DNA of 64,000 nucleotides from an uncultured Bacilli bacterium (GTDB lineage Bacteria; Bacillota_I; Bacilli_A; RF39; UBA660): NCBI GenBank assembly GCA_944372425.1, contig CALVZC010000002.1, positions 7,139 to 71,138 of the forward strand, read 5' to 3'. Shown piece by piece: positions 59,731 to 64,000 of this stretch (position 1 is its first letter; each line of letters starts with the position of its first letter). The notes under the pieces were generated by a model. It saw only the letters and a program-made list of their open reading frames with translations, ran no database searches and was not told where the DNA came from. The position numbers and the translations under genes were made by a program.

Positions 59731-60351
59731 ATGTTATCGTTTAGTAACAAAACAAAATATGAAGAATTTGTTAGAACAATTGGTAATGGAATGAGATCTG
59801 ATACCTTTGAGTTTTATTCTGGGTTTGTTCATGAAAGAGGCTTCTATTATTTAGTTGCATGTCAAAATAAAGAAATGCAAGAAAAAATTATGGAAGTATT
59901 GAAAACAGTAGATAAAGATTTAAATTTTGCTAAAGAAAAAGATGGAATGTATAGAAAATTAACTTATTTTTTAAAAGCTGGAATATTTTTCGGAGAACAT
60001 ACTGATTATGCAGAGCTACTTTCTCCAAAAGCTATTGCTACTTTTTTAACGGAAACTTATCTTGCAATGGATGAAACTGATAGTAAATATATAACTTTGT
60101 TAGCAGATAATGATATGCTTTTATATTTGCGAGATAATTATGCTAATCCAGAAAAGGTTTTATTGGCTATGGAACAGCATTATGACAACAGTCCTTTTAA
60201 TGTAGAAAATAAAGATAAAGTAAAAGAATTCCGGGCAAATGAGATAGAAAGATTAAAAACAGATGAAAAAGAATTTTTTAGTGATGTTAAAACTATTGAC
60301 CAGTTATACTACGAAGCAATACAAGAGAAAGAAAGTGTATGTAAAAAATGA
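59731..60351 (+). CDS. Hypothetical protein (206 aa)
   Basis: ATG after GGTGA RBS. No motif. The stop overlaps the queA start (ATGA). Confidence 0.5.
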   Translation: MLSFSNKTKYEEFVRTIGNGMRSDTFEFYSGFVHERGFYYLVACQNKEMQEKIMEVLKTVDKDLNFAKEKDGMYRKLTYFLKAGIFFGEHTDYAELLSPKAIATFLTETYLAMDETDSKYITLLADNDMLLYLRDNYANPEKVLLAMEQHYDNSPFNVENKDKVKEFRANEIERLKTDEKEFFSDVKTIDQLYYEAIQEKESVCKK

Positions 60352-61385
60352 AGTTAGATGATTTTGACTATGTATTACCAGAAAAATTAATTGCTCAAAC
60401 GCCACTTGTAGATAGATCTGCTTCAAAACTTTTAGTTCTTAATAAAAATGATGGTTCAATAGAACATAAATGTTTTAAGGATATTATTAACTTCTTTGAT
60501 GAAGGAGATTCAATTGTACTTAATGATACTAAAGTGATACCTGCTCGATTAATTGGTGAAAAAGAAGACACTTCTGCTATTATAGAAGTATTACTTTTAA
60601 GAAATATCGAAAATGATTTATGGGAGGCTTTAACTAAGCCAGCTAAAAGAGTAAAAATTGGTACAGTTGTTTCATTTGGTAATGGATTATTAAAAGCTAG
60701 ATGTGTAAATGTAAAAGAAGAAGGAATACGAATCTTTAAACTTATTTATGAAGGTATACTTTATGAATTATTAGATAAACTTGGAACAATGCCACTTCCA
60801 CCTTATATCCATGAAAAGTTAGAAGATCAAAATAGGTATCAGACCGTATATGCTAAAAATTTAGGTAGTGCGGCGGCACCAACAGCAGGTTTGCATTTTA
60901 CTGAAGAAATATTAAATAAATTAAAAGGAAAAAAAGTTAACATCGTATATGTTACATTGCATGTTGGTCTTGGAACATTTAGACCAGTTAATACAGAAAA
61001 TATTTTAGAACATCATATGCATAGTGAATATTATGAGTTAAAAGAAGATGCTGTAGATATCTTAAATAAAACGAAAAAAAATAATAAAAAAATTGTTGTT
61101 GTTGGAACTACTTCTGTAAGAGTTTTAGAGACAGTAATGAGTAAGTATGGTAAATTAATACCATGCAGTGGCTTTACAGATATTTTTATATATCCAGGTT
61201 ATGAATTTAAAATAGTTGATAATTTAATTACAAATTTTCATTTACCTAAATCTACTTTAGTTATGCTAGTTAGTGCTTTAGCTGGTAGAGAAAATATTTT
61301 AAATGCTTATAAAATCGCAATAGAAAAAAAATATCGTTTCTTTTCGTTTGGCGATAGTATGTTTATAATTAATAAAAAAAAATAA
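60348..61385 (+). CDS. queA: S-adenosylmethionine:tRNA ribosyltransferase-isomerase
   Basis: [20 protein letters not shown] is the QueA N-terminus. GTTSVRVLE motif. Confidence 0.95.
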   Translation: MKLDDFDYVLPEKLIAQTPLVDRSASKLLVLNKNDGSIEHKCFKDIINFFDEGDSIVLNDTKVIPARLIGEKEDTSAIIEVLLLRNIENDLWEALTKPAKRVKIGTVVSFGNGLLKARCVNVKEEGIRIFKLIYEGILYELLDKLGTMPLPPYIHEKLEDQNRYQTVYAKNLGSAAAPTAGLHFTEEILNKLKGKKVNIVYVTLHVGLGTFRPVNTENILEHHMHSEYYELKEDAVDILNKTKKNNKKIVVVGTTSVRVLETVMSKYGKLIPCSGFTDIFIYPGYEFKIVDNLITNFHLPKSTLVMLVSALAGRENILNAYKIAIEKKYRFFSFGDSMFIINKKK

Positions 61386-61425
61386 TAAAAAAATAAGACA
61401 AGCATATAGTTTATTGGTGATAATT

Positions 61426-62613
61426 ATGAAAAAAATAATATTAATAGCTATAGTACTTGTTTTTCTTTTTTTTACATTTATGATTATAGGAGCAAAAGCA
61501 ACAGAAAATGATAATGCTTCTAATATTGATGAAATAAGGGCAGTTTATTTTTCTTATATTGAATTTAATTCTTATATTAAGGGAAAAAAAAGTGAAGAAA
61601 GTAAAAATAATATAAAAAATATTTTGGATAACATTAAAAATATGAATTTAAATACAATTATTGTTCATGTGAGGCCTTTTTCTGATTCAATATATAAATC
61701 AAAATATTATCCAATAAGTGATACTATTTTAAATAATAATAATGAAGTTCCAGATTACGATGTTTTAGATTTTTTTATTACAGAAGCACATTCGCGTAAT
61801 TTAAAGATAGAAGCTTGGATAAATCCTTTTAGGATAAGTAATGATACAAAATTAGATAATATTTCTGTCGATAGTATATATTATAAATTTATAAATAGTA
61901 GTGATGCAATGATTATCAATGATAAAGGAATTTATTTAAATCCTGCTAGTGTTGAAGTAAGGAGTCTTATAATTGATGGTATAAAAGAAATTGTAGCAAA
62001 TTATGATATTGATGGTATTCATTTTGATGATTATTTTTATCCAAATGAATCTATAGATTTAAAATCATATGATGAATATATAAAAAATGGTGGTACTATG
62101 TCACTTAACGAATATAGGTTAAATAATATAAGCATTTTAATAAAAGATACTTATTCTAGTATTAAAAATATAAAACCAGATGTTAAATTTGGAATAGCAC
62201 CTGAAGGAAATATTGAGAACAACTATGATAAAAGCTTTTTAGATGTAAATAAAATTCTTAGTAATGAGGGATATATTGACTATATAATGCCACAATTATA
62301 TTTTGGTTTTGAAAATGAAACAAAGCCTTTTATTGATACTATTAATATTTGGAATTCTTTAATAGAAGTTGATAGTATTGATTTAATACCAGCTTTAGCA
62401 TTTTATAAGATTGGAACAGTAGATACATACGCTTTGAGTGGAAAAAATGAATGGATAGAAAATAGTGATATAATAAAAAAACAGATCGTTATAAGTAGAA
62501 ATGTTAGTAATTATGATGGCTTTTCTTTATTTAGATATGATTATATTTTTAATAAAGACAAATTAAATGAAAATATTGAGAAAGAAATTATGGGTTTAAA
62601 AGAAGTATTATAG
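61426..62613 (+). CDS. Secreted/lipoprotein glycoside-hydrolase-like family protein (DUF187/YngK-like)
   Basis: Signal/TM N-terminus. The motifs IRAVYFSY...LNTIIVHVRPFSDS.YKS...P and EAWINPFR are typical of the 'family 10 glycosylhydrolase-like' DUF187. Confidence 0.6.
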   Translation: MKKIILIAIVLVFLFFTFMIIGAKATENDNASNIDEIRAVYFSYIEFNSYIKGKKSEESKNNIKNILDNIKNMNLNTIIVHVRPFSDSIYKSKYYPISDTILNNNNEVPDYDVLDFFITEAHSRNLKIEAWINPFRISNDTKLDNISVDSIYYKFINSSDAMIINDKGIYLNPASVEVRSLIIDGIKEIVANYDIDGIHFDDYFYPNESIDLKSYDEYIKNGGTMSLNEYRLNNISILIKDTYSSIKNIKPDVKFGIAPEGNIENNYDKSFLDVNKILSNEGYIDYIMPQLYFGFENETKPFIDTINIWNSLIEVDSIDLIPALAFYKIGTVDTYALSGKNEWIENSDIIKKQIVISRNVSNYDGFSLFRYDYIFNKDKLNENIEKEIMGLKEVL

Positions 62614-62684
62614 CTCATAATTTTTTTTAATTATGTAAGTAAATTTTAATTTAATATGTTAAAATATTGCTAGGATGTGGTTAG

Positions 62685-64000
62685 ATGAATTTCCTTGAAA
62701 ATATTAAAGAAGAAACTTTACTTGTAATTCCTTATAGTATTAAAGATAAAATTTTAAATGAAATAAATAAAGCTAATCATTTGATTAATGTAAAATTAAT
62801 TACTTTAGAACAGATGAAAAAAAATGTTTATTTTGATTATGATGAAAGGGCAATTCTTTATTTAATTCATAATTATAATTATCAATATGAAGTAGCTAAA
62901 AATTATATTGATAATATGTATTATATTGAAGATAAAAACTATAACTCTTTAAAATTAAACCAATTATTAAATTTAAAAAAGGAATTAGATTATAATAAAC
63001 TTTTAATTTATAATGAAGGTTTTAAACAATATTATCAAAATAAAAAAATAATTGTATTTGGCTATGATGAAATAGACAAATTTAACAAAAATATGTTAAA
63101 CAAATTTACTAATGTCCAAATAATTTCAAAAAATAATAATAACTTTATTAAAAAAGTTTATGAATTTAATACTTTGGAAGAAGAAGTTATATTTGTCTCT
63201 AAAAAAATAATAGATTTAATAGAAAAGAAAGTTAGTTTGAATAAGATATTTTTAGTAAATGTATCTAGTGAATATAATAATGAAATTATAAAAATATTTA
63301 ATATGCATAAAATACCGATAGATTTAATAAATATTTCTAGTATCGCTACTATTCCTATGGTTAAAAATATTATGAGTTATTTAAAAAATAGTGAATCTTT
63401 TATAGATACTATTAATATGATAAAAGAAAGTTTTGATTTAAAAGATGAAAACATATATTCAATTTATATAACAATTTTAAATTTGTTTAATAAGTATAAT
63501 TCTTTAGATTATTCATTTGAAGATAAAATTTCAGCTATAGAATATGAAATCAATAAGATATATCTTAAACCTAAAATTAATACTAATTGTATCCAATTAA
63601 CTAATTTAATTGATAATTATTTTGATGATGATGAATATGTATTTTTATTAGGATTTAATCAGAGTAGTGTTCCTTTTATATATAAAGATGAAGATTTTAT
63701 AAGTGATATTATTAAAGATGAGGTATGTATTGAAAAATCTAATGAGTTAAATGAGCTTGAAAGAATTAAAACAATAAATGCTATTAATTCAATTAGAAAT
63801 ATAGTAATAACTTATAAGCTACATTGTTTAGATTTAGAATATTATCCATCTGATTTAATTGATAATAAAACTTTTATAAAAGAAAATGTAGAAATTAATT
63901 ATTTGAAAAGTTATTCAAAAGTTTTAACTAGTATTAAGTTAGCAGAAATGATAGATGATTTAATTAAGTATGACAAGAAAAATGATTTATTACCTATATA
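62685..64000 (+). CDS. Large ORF open to the window end, possibly AddB/RexB-like helicase-nuclease subunit (3' end outside window)
   Basis: ATG 62685, then no in-frame stop through position 64000 (more than 438 codons). The product is Asn/Lys/Ile-rich. The weak AddB-like call rests on size and architecture only. Confidence 0.35.
   Translation, partial: MNFLENIKEETLLVIPYSIKDKILNEINKANHLINVKLITLEQMKKNVYFDYDERAILYLIHNYNYQYEVAKNYIDNMYYIEDKNYNSLKLNQLLNLKKELDYNKLLIYNEGFKQYYQNKKIIVFGYDEIDKFNKNMLNKFTNVQIISKNNNNFIKKVYEFNTLEEEVIFVSKKIIDLIEKKVSLNKIFLVNVSSEYNNEIIKIFNMHKIPIDLINISSIATIPMVKNIMSYLKNSESFIDTINMIKESFDLKDENIYSIYITILNLFNKYNSLDYSFEDKISAIEYEINKIYLKPKINTNCIQLTNLIDNYFDDDEYVFLLGFNQSSVPFIYKDEDFISDIIKDEVCIEKSNELNELERIKTINAINSIRNIVITYKLHCLDLEYYPSDLIDNKTFIKENVEINYLKSYSKVLTSIKLAEMIDDLIKYDKKNDLLPI

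Noticed and set aside
1-64000. Mollicute-type genetic code (TGA = Trp)
   Set aside because: TGA functions as a stop. For example, the gene ending at 60351 stops at TGA overlapping the queA ATG. Trp is encoded by TGG throughout, and the window has cell-wall synthesis genes (PBP2, uppS, a CHAP hydrolase).
1-64000. Prophage, IS element, integrase or tRNA-linked island
   Set aside because: No transposase, integrase, recombinase, tRNA or rRNA gene was recognised anywhere in the window. The only mobile-element-like structure is the inverted-repeat element at 55913-56013, listed as a finding.

Overview
AT-rich (about 27-28% GC) Firmicutes-type chromosomal segment using the standard genetic code. 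TGA acts as a stop codon, for example at 60349-60351, and cell-wall genes (PBP2, uppS, a CHAP hydrolase) argue against a Mollicute. Almost every gene is on the + strand, consistent with leading-strand bias. Most of the window is housekeeping core:
- a 5'-truncated RlmI-like rRNA methyltransferase, an RluA-family pseudouridine synthase, spoVS, nfo, PBP2, rpmG and efp;
- the rimP-nusA-ylxR-(dCMP deaminase)-infB-rbfA operon, then tcdA, rpsP plus a KH protein, and uppS-cdsA-rseP;
- smc, ftsK, deoD, an inactive/active M16 peptidase pair, a HerA-like ATPase, sepF and a DivIVA-domain protein;
- rpmB (-), dnaE, polC, a Ca-type P-type ATPase (-), yebC, gpsA, a MUG-family glycosylase (-), lysS, hemolysin-III, ruvAB, queA, and a 3'-truncated AddB-like ORF.
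The accessory content is a family of three type IV (ComGC-like) prepilin genes. Two sit in tandem at 2.9-4.2 kb. The third (22.8-24.7 kb) fuses the prepilin N-terminus to a long BspA-like leucine-rich-repeat adhesin domain. It carries a G10 homopolymer in its first codons that puts the RBS-proximal start codon out of frame, which is a classic slipped-strand phase-variation switch. Other points of interest:
- a GC-rich candidate structured RNA with a perfect 37-nt tandem repeat between rbfA and tcdA;
- a NusA-type leader terminator upstream of a truncated rimP;
- an 18-bp inverted-repeat element upstream of a leaderless CHAP-domain protein;
- an orphan HerA-like ATPase;
- two unknown genes inserted between ruvB and queA.
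I found no rRNA or tRNA genes, CRISPR arrays, transposases or integrases.
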